DNA of 64,000 nucleotides from assembly GCA_951406725.2 (NCBI GenBank), contig OX597818.1, positions 75,950,001 to 76,014,000 of the forward strand, in the 5' to 3' direction. This document shows positions 50,431 through 62,216 of this stretch, in pieces; positions within the stretch are counted from its first letter, which is position 1; every line of letters starts with the position of its first letter. This stretch comes from Octopus vulgaris. Its lineage: Eukaryota. The notes under the pieces are model-generated. The model had not been told where the DNA came from, made no database searches, and saw only the letters and a list, made by a program, of their open reading frames with translations. The position numbers were made by a program, and so were the translations under genes.

Positions 50431-51458
50431 ACTCTTGATTATATAGCTTCATGATTTTGATGAAGTGATTGTTTATTTTTGAATGACATTGTAGGGTAGG
50501 TGTGAGAGGCTGAATCTGGTGAGTTTGAACATAGAACAGAGCAGAACATTTGGGCCTGAGGTGGGTGGTTTAAATGATAGTGCATACTATATATTTACAC
50601 TTAAAACATTCATCAGCCTTTAAAATGTGGCAGGTATCTTTGCTGTACCTTGTTTATTGTCACATTTAGTTCTATTAATTTGTGTCATCAGACAGGAATG
50701 ATGGATGCTTCACATATTCCAGATGTATATGACAGTGTCCCAGGAATGTTTCTTTTAAAACTACTAATACTCAGGGGTTACTGCTCCCTACAGGAATACT
50801 GTGGTTATTAAGAATGTATGGGAGAGTGAGAGAAGGAAAGTGGGTTATATTCACTCCATTCTCACATACACTCTTGCAAGCTTTACTCATCCACCCACAC
50901 TCCCTGTTTTTTTGGTTCTATTCACTTTTACTTACTTTGTACCTTCAGGGTCCACCAAACATCATCACTATTTTTTATCTTTCCCTGCTCCCAGCTGATC
51001 CCTCTCCATTCTCTCTTCTAAAATGTGAGTAGCCACGTGGTCCCTCTACAGCAAGAAATCTGTTCTGATCTGCCCACTTCTCTCATACTTTACCCCTTTA
51101 TCTCCTCACATAAAACCACCCAGCCTCAGGGTTCATAGTCTTGCAAGCCACACGGTGGTCTTAATAGTACTAGTTGCATCAAAAAAGCAGCCAAAACTCA
51201 TTCTAAAGTGGTTGGCATTAGGAAGGGCATGTGACCAAAGAGACCATGTCAAAAAAAACCATGCCAAAATAGACACTGGAGCATAATGCATTCCTCAGAT
51301 CCATTAGATCCTGTCAAAACATTCAATTTTTACCAGCATGGAGAATGGATGTTAAAAGATAATATGGTGATGATGATGACGAGGAGGATGATGACAATGA
51401 CATTACTGCCTCTGCCACTGCCATCACTGCTGCTGCCAGCGATAAGAGTGGTGATGCT

Positions 51459-51489
<31 letters not shown>

Positions 51490-52333
51490 ATAACAATGAT
51501 GATGATCACGACAGTGAAGATTAGGCTTACTCCTTAATTCCCTGATATCTCAATTGAGATTCTCAGCTGCAGTTTCTTACTTGAAGAAATCTGGCAGAGA
51601 CCAGTATCAGTGAATGAAAACTGAGCCTAGCGCATGACTGGTATTTTATTTTATTGACACCAGAAAAAACAAAAAAGGTCCAGCCATCACCTCTGCATGA
51701 GTATGGCTTGGTAACACATACCATGCCTTCACTAGAACAAGTATAATTGATCTTTGATTCTCGTAGCCTTTGAACCAGAATATCCAGGATGTGACAAGTG
51801 GCAGGGGTGGGTGGGTGTGAGATGGTTGTGCTAGTACTTGGCTGGTGCTCATTTTCAGCTGAATAGACTGAAGTAGAATTAAAGGAAGTGCCATAAACAA
51901 GGACATAAAGCACTGTCTGGTCTAGAAATTGAACCCATGACATTATGATCATGAGCCAAACACCCTAACCATTTCTCCATATGCCTTCAGCCACCAGAAT
52001 GATGAAAGGATTTGAACTCTGAACATAGGCAGTGTGGAACAAAATATCACATGATGCTGTAATAATTCTACCATTCCACTGCCTTGATATTTAGTCTCCA
52101 TAAGGCAGAGAGCTGGCAGAATTAGCACACAAGGCAAAATGCATAGTGGTATTTCATCCATCTTTATATTCTGAGTTCAAAGTCTGCTGAGGTCAACTTG
52201 TCTTTCACCCCTCAGGAGTTGATAAAATAAGTACCAGTTGAGTACTGGGGTGAGGGTCAATGTAATTGACCTACACCCTCCCCCCAAAATTGTGGATAGG
52301 AAGCAAACTTCTTACCACACTACCACACCTGTG

Positions 52334-52382
<49 letters not shown>

Positions 52383-52468
52383 AATGTAGGATAAAAGTTT
52401 TTCAAAAAAAAATTTTATCAATGGCCAGCATATTAAAAAATACCTTTAAAGGTTAAATTTATAAATAA

Positions 52469-52582
52469 CTTATAAAATAAGGGCGAAAGAAAAATTCTAA
52501 TGCCCTTATAATGGTTATTGACAATTTGTCTATTTTCGGCATATTTGGCATTAGAATTTTTCTTTTGCCCTTATTTTATAAG
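52469..52582. repeat. Inverted repeat (36-bp arms) between (TA)n tracts
   Basis: CTTATAAAATAAGGGCGAAAGAAAAATTCTAATGCC mirrored at 52547-52582. Confidence 0.8.
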
Positions 52583-52583
52583 G

Positions 52584-52624
<41 letters not shown>

Positions 52625-52693
52625 GTGTGTGTGTATGCCTAAGAATCCATAAGTTAGGTAAAAATGCACTTGTATATCTTTCAGTAGAGTGGG

Positions 52694-52989
52694 TATATTA
52701 ATTGAAATGTACAGTATTATATGTCAATTACAGCCAATCTTACTAATCGTTTTCACCCTAGGGGTTCAGTGGAGTGTTAGGTAACAGTCCAATTATGTAA
52801 CCCTGTGCTCTTCAGAGAAGGGAATTATGGAATGAAATATGGTATTTCATTCCATAACTGCCATCTCTGAAAAGTGCAGGGTTACACAATCTGATTATTA
52901 TCTAACATTCTATTGAATCCCTAGTGCAAAACCAATTGGTATGATCAGCCATAATAGATATATAATACTGTACACTTCAAATTAATATA
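52694..52989. repeat. Old diverged palindrome (~145-bp arms) with decayed hammerhead motifs in both arms
   Basis: Centre GAAATA-TGG-TATTTC at 52834-52848. Minus 52818-52738: TCT-CTGAAGA-GCACAGGGTT...GAAA-ACGATTAG-TA-AGA. Plus 52864-52944: TCT-CTGAAAA-GTGCAGGG...GTGC-AAAA-CCAATTGG-TA-TGA. Confidence 0.75.
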
Positions 52990-52993
52990 TATA

Positions 52994-53056
<63 letters not shown>

Positions 53057-53121
53057 ATATTTCGGAATGGTCATATTGCCAGTTTAGCCAATAAAAAATC
53101 TTGCACAACAAATATTTAAAC

Positions 53122-53232
<111 letters not shown>

Positions 53233-53385
53233 TAATCCAAACAAGAAAACAAAAAAAAAACAATGCAAGGACGTGGAACAAATAAAGTATTATTGGACGC
53301 TTAGGAGAGAAGGGAATGTAGGTAGGTAGACAGATAGGCAGATAGATAGGCAGACAGATAGGCAAACAGACAGACAGACAGACAG

Positions 53386-53422
<37 letters not shown>

Positions 53423-53749
53423 CAAATAGACACTCTTATAATTGTTAAAATTTATCTAAATCTGAAATTATACATTCAAATTATTTATTAATTATTATGA
53501 TGTGAATATTTAATATTTAGTAGACATGCCCTTTGCATTTTCCAATGCAAGGACTATTAGGCATGCTACTGATCAGATGATGAATTGTTCAACCCCCTGC
53601 TTTTGTTTTAATAAATCACAGAAAGAAGAGTGCATGCATGTGTGTATGCGTGTTTTATGTTTGTTGATGAATTCTTCAGTATGAATTCATGTAATCTTTT
53701 TAAGGAAATTTATAATCCAGCAAGATCTCAAATTCTGCTGCTTTTACAG

Positions 53750-53822
53750 ATTTGTCAGGAATATGGAATGACACTGTTCAGTATAAAGCGCCACAATTTC
53801 AGTATCATGGAACTTTTAATAG
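53750..53822 (+). CDS. Secreted CTLD-like/PAN-like protein, exon 3
   Basis: Acceptor CTTTTACAG|; phase 0 gives ICQEYGMTLFSIKRHNFSIMELLI, completing the CTLD pattern A-x-x-x-C-x-x-x-G-x-x-L-x-S-I; donor TAG|GTATGT, phase 1. Confidence 0.72.
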
Positions 53823-55103
53823 GTATGTAGCAAATATTTTATTCACTATTCTTCCTCAGTCATTGTTGTTATCATTGCCACTGTTGTTATTCTTTGGGCA
53901 CAGGTCAGATCTGATCAAGCAAACCCATGATCAAAGATTTTTCATGTGTATCACAGTATATCCAGGACTACATTCATCAGTTTTACATTCCTTAATTTTT
54001 AAGACAGTATAGTATGTTTTGAGGGAGATTTGGCTGCTATTTTCAGAAGAATGACTTACTATTTAGAGGCTTGGCATTATAAAGGGCATCCAGTTGTAGA
54101 AACCATGCAAGTACAGACATTGTACTTTGATATAGCTCCACAACTCATTGGATCCTATCAAACCATTTACCTCATGATAGCATGGAAAACACACATATAT
54201 ATGCAACAGAGACCGTATTAATACTGGGAAGTAATATTTATCCCCACTTAAACATGGATGTTCTGTTAGAACAAACTATACTGCAGCAGTTATTATGAGA
54301 GAAAATCTCATATTGGTTATTTGGTGCCAACTGCATTGTTCTTTATATTGCTAGTGGGGAATATGCAAAATTAGTTTATTATTAAGAAACAGGAAAAAAG
54401 AGAATTAAAAAATGGAAAAAGAAGTGTGTGTGTTTGGGGGAAGCATCAGAAAATGGAGGGGGGGATGATGGGCCATATGCCCCAGAACACATGGCGTGCT
54501 CATCCATGCCCTGCAGTAATGACTGTGATGGCATTGCAATAGAGAGAGGCCAGTGACACTCATTGTAGCAGCCATTCTACCCTGCAGGGTTCATTTCTGC
54601 AATGGGCTGTTGTTATCCCTATTTTGTGGAGGAAATCAGTAATATGGAGTCTTAGAACAACTGACATTTTGACAGTGACTGGCACAAACTGATGCCATGT
54701 CTGAAGAAGCATCACTGTTGCTAAAGTCTAGAAATATGGTAGAATCATCATTTAATGTCCACCTTTCATGCTGGCATAGGTTGGACAAGAGTTGATCAGG
54801 CAGGAACCTGCACCAGACTTCTGTGTCTGTTTTGGCAGGGTTTTTTTGGCTGGATACCCTTCCTAGCACCAACCATCCTGCACAGTAGACTGAGTGCTTT
54901 TTACATGACACAAGAACAGGCGAGGCCGATTTTGGCATGGTTTTTACAGCTGGATGCCCTTCTAAATGCCAACCACTTTACAGTGTGGACTGAAAAAAAG
55001 GGAAACAGTTAGACTTTTACAATTGTTAAAATCTTTACTGTTTGACAGATACAACTTGATATATAAAGATATAAATATTTGTTTTCTCAATGATTTCTTG
55101 CAG

Positions 55104-55190
55104 ACAAAGTTCGGAAATTTATAGAAGGCAGCAAAGGACAAATAATGTTGGAGGCTTTTGTTTGTCAGCGACATTTGGAACATGGAAATG
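55104..55190 (+). CDS. Secreted CTLD-like/PAN-like protein, exon 4
   Basis: Acceptor TTTCTTGCAG|; (D)KVRKFIEGSKGQIMLEAFVCQRHLEHGN, with CTLD terminal strand FVCQ; donor ATG|GTAAGT; phases 1/1. Confidence 0.72.
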
Positions 55191-55742
55191 GTAAGTAACA
55201 TATAACAATGGTTAATCTTTGTTTATCAGACACTGGGAATATGGAAATAGTGAAACTTAATATTAGTTAATCTTTGTTTGTCAAAGACAAACAAATATGA
55301 GAATATTTGGAATATGGAAGTGGCACCAAACAACAAAAGTAGCATACTACAATAGAATACTACCTGATGCCATAATGATATTAAAGGGATATTTTACAGT
55401 ATCAGAAGAAAAATAAACATCACCACCAGCAGCATTACTAGTTATAGCAGCAGTACTACTAGCTACAGCAGCAGCAGCAGCACCACCACCACCACCACCA
55501 CCACCACCAGCATTAACACCTGCACCAGAAGCAGCAGCAGCAGCACCACCACCACTACTTCCACCAGCACCTGCACCACTACCATTCCCACAACTGCTGC
55601 CCTCACCACTACCACAACCACCATTGCTACTATCTCACCACTAGCACCCCCCATCACTGCCACTGCCAACGTCACTACCAGCAACACTATCTTGTTTGTA
55701 AGTATCCGAGTGAAGTCAATACTTTTGTCCCTATCTTTACAG

Positions 55743-55957
55743 ATTACTTTCATCGTACTGAAGAGATTGAAGTCTGTGCTAAAGCATTGCAGAGTGTTAA
55801 AGGAAACCATTTTCAGTGTGCATTCTATTGCAGCATCACTAAAAATTGTGCACTTTATTGTTTATCCTCCCATGTGTGTTTTCTGTATTCTAAATGTACT
55901 GGAACCTGCCCTAAGATGGCATGTCTGAAGAAGCATCACTGTTTCGCTAAAGTCTAG
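55743..55957 (+). CDS. Secreted CTLD-like/PAN-like protein, exon 5 (Cys-rich PAN/apple-like domain, stop)
   Basis: Acceptor CTTTACAG|; (D)YFHRTEEIEVCAKALQSVKGNHFQCAFYCSITKNCALYCLSSHVCFLYSKCTGTCPKMACLKKHHCFAKV*; C-x3-C-x5-C-x2-Y...C-x-L-Y PAN pattern; AATAAA at 56108 and ~56126. Confidence 0.75.
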
Positions 55958-56679
55958 AAAAATCCAAAATGAGTTAAAACCGTTTCCTTCACGATTCATT
56001 TGCATCTCAACAAGAGATAAAACCAATTCTGTCAAGTTTCATCTGTAGGAACCGATTTAACCAGATTAGCTGGTTATATTAACAGTAATATAAACATTTG
56101 AGGACCCAATAAACCCAATACGTATAATAAATTTTACTCCGATGCTTTTATCAGTGTTTGTTGTTATTATAACTTTATATAAAGGTAGGGAGCTGACAAA
56201 ATCTTTAGGGCATTAGAAAATGCTTCATGCCTTTTATTCTGGTTCCTAACATTCACAGTTTGAATCCTGCTGAGGTCAACTTTGTCTTTCATCTCTCTTG
56301 GGTTGATAAAATAAATGTACCTGCCAAGTACTGGGGTCAGTAGTATCAACTAATCCCCTACCCTCAAAATTGCTGGCATTGTGTCCAAATTAGAAACTGT
56401 AGGGATTGAAACCCAAGCATGAAATTACTAGTTCACTGTGATGAATGAACCAAACCGTGTTCACATGTCCAATCTTAAAAATCATTCATTCAGCTTGAAG
56501 CCATGTTGAAAACATCATCTTGAATGTTTTTGAGGAATTCCGGTTACCTCCTAAACTTCTTTGAATTTTCAATTTAATGTAATCCACACTCTCTCAAAAA
56601 CATATTACTATGAAATGTTATCTAAAATTATGGGTAAAGAAAGAAATAGCAAAAAATATTTGAAAATGGGGGTGGGAGT

Positions 56680-57215
56680 GAAATTTCCGAGGGTTCCACC
56701 TCACCTCGTTCCTGGACCCAAAAAAGGGTTTTGTAGCATATTAGGAAGCCACCGAAATTCAGTCAACAAAAAACAAAAATTCCAATGATTCCAGAATGTG
56801 TGTGGGTCCAGTTTCCCACCCACTCCTTTTTTCCGAACAAAAATAAGGGGTTTGCAGTATATTATGAAGTCAGGGTATCGTTTCCATGCAAAAAATCTGA
56901 GTTTTTTTTTCTTAGTGAAAAGATCAATGGGAGTGGGGTGGGGTGAAATTCCACCTCACCCCACCCCATTTTCCGGACCCTTAAATGGGTTTTGTAGCAT
57001 ATTAGGAGGTCACCAGAATGCAGTCAACGGAAAAAAAAAATTCCAATGATTCCGGGATATTGAGGGGGGGGGGGGAGAGTCCGGCTCCCCCCTTTTTCCG
57101 AACAAAAATGAGTTTGCAGCATATTAGGTTAGGGTACTTGATTCCACGCAAAAAATCCGACTTTTTTTTGTGTCAGTGAAAATCGTACGGGTGAAAGGAT
57201 CAAAATTTACCCATT
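56680..57215. repeat. Tandem ~255-bp duplication in a dispersed repeat
   Basis: TTCCACCTCACC...GGGTTTTGTAGCATATTAGGA...TTCCAATGATTCC...TTTTCCGAACAAAAAT occurs twice; a segment recurs at ~61520-61600. Confidence 0.7.
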
Positions 57216-58039
57216 TATTATTTTTTTTGTGGGGGTGGTCTAAATAACATTCAACATATACCTTTTACTTGTTTCAGTCTATGGACTGCTGCCAAGCTGG
57301 GGATACCGCTTTGAAGGGTGTAGTCGAACAAACTGACTCAAGTAGTAATTTTTTTAAAGTTTGACGCTTATTCTATAGATATCTTTTGTTGAACCCTTAA
57401 CTTATTGCGATGTAAACAAACTAATACCGATTGTCAAATGGTGATTGGAGGCAAACACAAATACACATTCATAGATATATATATACATACATGGTTAACG
57501 TGTCGTTTAGTCATAATAAAGTGAAAGTAAATTGTACGGAAAAAAATTGCGATACACTGCAAAAGTAACGGCAATGGCATATCTGATAGTGGGGTGGTGG
57601 GCTTCAAGTGCAGGGGTTTCATCTACTTCTATACTCATGAAGTTGTTAACCATTCACTCAATTTCGTTGATCCAAACTACGACAGCATCCATACACAGAC
57701 TGTAGATGGGGGCGATGGTTGCTCACCATGAAAGAACTAAGGCGGAATGTGAGACTAGTGATGATTTATTTACTATCATCATCAACATGTGTGACGATAC
57801 GAATTTAGAAATCGGGAAAAAACATTTACGAATCTCATTTCATGCATCAATAACTATTGTGTTTTTCCATAAATGTAAATGTTTTCATCTTATAAAAAAT
57901 ATATGTACGGTTTTCATGTTATATGAAATATATATATGCAAGTCCTAGATATTCGTTTTGTCAGTGGTGACTTGGGGACAACATTTTGTCCCAGAATTTA
58001 ATACTAAATTAGAGGTGCGACTTATATACGAGTAAATAC

Positions 58040-58082
<43 letters not shown>

Positions 58083-58085
<3 letters not shown>

Positions 58086-58653
58086 TAGACGAGCAAAACG
58101 CCCCCCCCCCCGTCCGATGAACGGTGCTGAATCATATCTGCTGAATAAAAAGCAATCGGTGTTTTCTTTTCATTAAAAAATAATTATGCATGCCTTTGTT
58201 TCAATAAAACTTTTGGTTTTGTTAAACGAAGTTAATGCAAAAAAAAAAAAAAACTTCTTGAGAAACCAATTAGTCTTTCCTTCCTTCATGCCAAGTTTGA
58301 AGAAAATATCTCTTTTGCATCTTACTTTTTTGGTCTCTTAAATATACTGCATTTTGTGGCATTGTTTCAAGCCAGCCGGCTTTTTTTTGCGCAAACTACA
58401 CGTGCATTTTTCTCGCGTACGCGTAGTATCGATTGCAACAGCTGATGTACTTGCGCGTACAAATGCACGTTCCCACGGCTTTATCGATCGCATTCTCACC
58501 CGGAATCGATTTTTGTATTTTTTAAAGACTTATACACGCCCTGATACCGTCGGTATCTACATATCAAATTTGAGCGCAATCGAATGGAGGATGCCCGAGA
58601 TCCTAGAAGACACACACGCACACACACAGACAGAACGGATTTTATATAATAGA
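58083..58653 (+). mobile_element. Putative non-autonomous Helitron/Helentron-like element
   Basis: Starts TACTAG plus a short GC hairpin after (TA)n; ends (CA)n-GACAGA...TTTTATATAATAGA. A similar start lies at 5232. Family assignment from pattern only. Confidence 0.4.
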
Positions 58654-59888
58654 CTACCCGTAACCCATTGAGTCACCGGGAAAGTCCAAGTTTTGGTTCG
58701 CGCCTTTTTCTTTTTGCGCGCGCGACAATTTCTACAGCTTATCCGAATGAAAAGAGGAAGTACACAGAAATATAGAAATATTTTACGTACCTATCGTATA
58801 CGTTGGATTAATCTCGACAAAACACAAGTTTAGTCACTTCTATCAGAATCGTTTACCTTTAAAGCGAAAAAACAAAACCGACGTATACGACAGGTATGTA
58901 AAATATATTTCTGTGTACTTTCTCTGTTCATTCAGATATGCTGTAGAAATTATTGCGCGTGCACACACACAAACACAAAAATTCTCCAGACATTTAGCTG
59001 TTATTTTTAGCATATGGAGTTCCGTGATCCTTTTGCTGTTTAACTATAAGTCTACGCATATCAGACAAAACAGCCACTCATTTTCACTTTTAGATAACGG
59101 GATGGGGTGGCGAGGGGTGTGTGGATCAATTTTGGAGGTTTTCATAAAAAATTTGAAATTAAAATTTGTGCCCCCCGCCATATTCTTAATCTCTGTATTT
59201 TCCAGGTATATTGAAAAAACAATTCGAAAAAAGTAAAAGATTTGGGGGTGAGGGAAGAGGAAATAAAAAATTTGAAAACGTGGCTTTTTGCATATTCGGA
59301 ATCTCCGTCATCGAAAAGAGGCATATCTTCGGAATCTGGTGAAAAAAAAATCGGAAAGGTGGGAGTGGGGCTGACTGTGCACCAGGTCCACCTACACACA
59401 CATACATATATATATATATGTATATATATATATACACACACACGCACATAATATAATACACACACACATAAAACTAATAAATACACTTAAAGACACCAAC
59501 TCACGTAAAAGGAAACACTCTCAACTCTTCCACACACACAAAATAGAAAAACTAATGTAACAGAATTATATTGCAAATATATTTAATCTACCGTGTAAAT
59601 TTGTTTTAGCACCAACACATAATCCAAATATATAATACATACAAAACAATCCAATGATATAATACATATTATAATGGTATGTATTAGCACAAACGCATAA
59701 AATTTAAATAATTTGGATAGCAAGTCCAATTAACAAATGTATTGTGGTTCAGTTTCCAATTAACGAAATATTTTGTTGAGTGGGTCCAATAATCAAATAT
59801 TATTAATATATGATATATATTATTGTTAAGTGTTCCGACTCGTGAAATACTTCAACATTAGAAGCATCAGTAATGCGGACTATTGTGG

Positions 59889-60740
59889 TTACTGCTTTAT
59901 TTCTTCTCTATGCGCTTTGAAACGTAATTCTTTGGTCATAGTCGAACTTACAGAGGCGAGATGTCCAGAATGGTTATTCTGATTATGTATGTCGTTAAGC
60001 CGGACATTGAGTTGAGTCATAAGTTGATGTAGTTCAAGTTTTAGACCATATTCTTTCAACACTGAACAGAGCGTTTGAATAAAACAAGATCTGTCCTTTG
60101 TACGAGACTCCGAACAAAACCCGGAAGAAACAGTCAACAGATTTGCCCATAACGGAATCGTCGTATAATTAATCGATTTTTTAAAAAACCCGAATAATCC
60201 ATCATGTTGGACGTTAACTTTTACAACAGGACTAGTATCAACGATGAAGAATTTTGGTTTTGCAGCGAGAGTCGAATTTTCTTTTTTAATTAGTACTTTC
60301 AACAGAGAATCAAAACTAACGAAATTATCCGTGCCGTATATGTAGTCATCGTCTTTGCTATAAGTTAATATTGCGCATACAAAACAGCTATAATCATTAC
60401 TATGCTCCGACAGACTGCTTATTAGATCTTTCATCTCTGTTACACTTCGATCCTTACGGAAAATAATTTTAAAGTTTAAAAACGTCAGAGCTTCTTTCAG
60501 GTCTTCCGCATCTCTTTGAGAATTTATTCGTGGAGCTATTTCAGTATGAGAATCAAAACAGTTGTAGATAATAAGAGCCAGGCCGGGTTTGGTGGAGTTA
60601 GTGTCACACTCTACTGTAAAATGGCACTTTGAGTAATTTTTACTGAACTGCTCCGAGGAATTACTGGTAGAACTTTCTTGTTGAAAGTTAGAACATTTCT
60701 TATAGACCCCATCGGTTGGTTTCGCATCACTGTAATCCAT
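59889..60740 (-). CDS. Caspase-3/7-like protein lacking catalytic His and Cys (pseudo-caspase), 283 aa, single coding exon
   Basis: MDYSDAKP prodomain; PGLALIIYN, PRINSQRDAEDL, DYSCFVCAILTYS (expected SHG), LAAKPKFFIVDTSP (expected QACRG), TIPLWANLL, SCFIQTLC, STMTKELRF. No stops or frameshifts. Confidence 0.9.
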   Translation of the reverse strand: MDYSDAKPTDGVYKKCSNFQQESSTSNSSEQFSKNYSKCHFTVECDTNSTKPGLALIIYNCFDSHTEIAPRINSQRDAEDLKEALTFLNFKIIFRKDRSVTEMKDLISSLSEHSNDYSCFVCAILTYSKDDDYIYGTDNFVSFDSLLKVLIKKENSTLAAKPKFFIVDTSPVVKVNVQHDGLFGFFKKSINYTTIPLWANLLTVSSGFCSESRTKDRSCFIQTLCSVLKEYGLKLELHQLMTQLNVRLNDIHNQNNHSGHLASVSSTMTKELRFKAHREEIKQ

Positions 60741-61001
60741 AATTAGAATAACGTGCTTTATATATTCAGGCAAAATGTAGACGATGGAAAAAATGTAATA
60801 ATATATAAAGTTAGAAATCAAATATTGTTAAAGAGATAAGTTTGAGCATTAATAGCAGAATAAAAATACGGCACCTATTTACAACTAAATAGGTTTAATA
60901 ATGTGAGCGAGACATGTACTGAATAAGTGACATTTGATGTCAAATTGAACTGTTTCATAATTATAGAAAGTTCTCAACGTCACATCCGTTTGACTTTGTT
61001 T

Positions 61002-61029
61002 GTATGTACGTACGTACGTACGTACGTAC

Positions 61030-61060
<31 letters not shown>

Positions 61061-61290
61061 TGTATGTATGTATGTATGTATGTATGTATGTATGTATGTA
61101 TGTATGTATGTATGTATGTATGTATGTATGTATGTATGTATGTATGTATGTATGTATGTATGTATGTATGTATGTATGTATGTATGTATGTATGTGTGTA
61201 TGTGTGTATGTGTGTGTGTGTGTGTGTGTGTATGTGTGTGTGTATGCATGTGTGTATGTATGTGTGTGTGCGTGTGCGTGCGTGCATGCA
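61002..61290. repeat. (TATG)n/(TG)n microsatellite
   Basis: Directly visible; source of the MYVC/HTYI ORFs. Confidence 0.95.
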
Positions 61291-61774
61291 TTTATATGTA
61301 TAACATAGAACAACCGCCTGACAGCACGGTTATTCTATTTGGTTGTTGAGTAAACTCAGTCTAGTTGTGTTGTTTAGTAATTTATTACTTAGCTAGCTAG
61401 TTGTACAATATTCCCCCATCTCACTCGCTATCCTTCGGAGCAACGCCTTTTCCATTTTGTCTGCTGGTGCCATGAGAAATGATTCTTTCACCTGCACGAT
61501 ATTCACTAAGAGTTCAGAGTACTTGATTCCACGCAAAAAATCCGAGTTTTATTATTTTTTTCTTAGTGAAAATTGTGCGGGTGAAAGGATCAAAATTTAC
61601 CAATGTTTCAATATTGTGAGATGCAAAATTCTTCGTTAGGATTTCCTTTAGAAACGCACCTCTCTGAGAAAATGAAATGCAATTAAAATTTTTTTTATTA
61701 AAATGTAAAATATATACAAAATAAATGATGTCCGACATGTTTGTTTATATTTGCGAGTGCCCGTTTTCCGTTTA

Positions 61775-61987
61775 CTCTTTTACTTGTTTCAGTCATTTGA
61801 CTGCGGCCATGCTGGAGCACCGCCTTTAATCGAGCAACTGGACCCCGGGACTTATTCTTTTGTAAGCCCAGTACTTATTCTATTGGTCTCTTTTGCCGAA
61901 CCGCTAAGTAACGGGGACATAAACACACCAGCATCGGTTGTCAAGCAATGCTAGGGGGACAAACACAGACACACAAACACACACACA

Positions 61988-62059
<72 letters not shown>

Positions 62060-62216
62060 TACGACAGGCTTCTTTTCAGTTTCCGTCTACCAAATCCACT
62101 CACAAGGCTTTGGTCGGCCCGAGGCTATAGTAGAAGACACTTGCCCAAGGTGTCACGCAGTGGGACTGAACCCGGAACCATGTGGTTGGTAAACAAGCTA
62201 CTTACCACACAGCCAC
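61775..62216 (-). mobile_element. Young full-length CORE-type SINE
   Basis: CpG-rich copy of the 3505-3876 family with an internal (CA)n(TA)n tract. Confidence 0.85.

Noticed and set aside
50640-50697. Minus-strand CTGT-CTGATGA-CACA...TGTG hammerhead candidate
   Set aside because: No GAAA after stem II and the wrong closing pair.
54588-54639. Possible extra phase 1-1 exon (GFISAMGCCYPYFVEEI) in the lectin-like gene
   Set aside because: Weak donor (A|GTAATA) and no lectin motifs; not needed to keep the frame.
60741-60821. N-terminal extension of the caspase-like ORF (MISNF...)
   Set aside because: Non-ATG start in pyrimidine-rich, intron-like sequence; the first ATG at 60740 gives the caspase-7-like DxxDAKP start.
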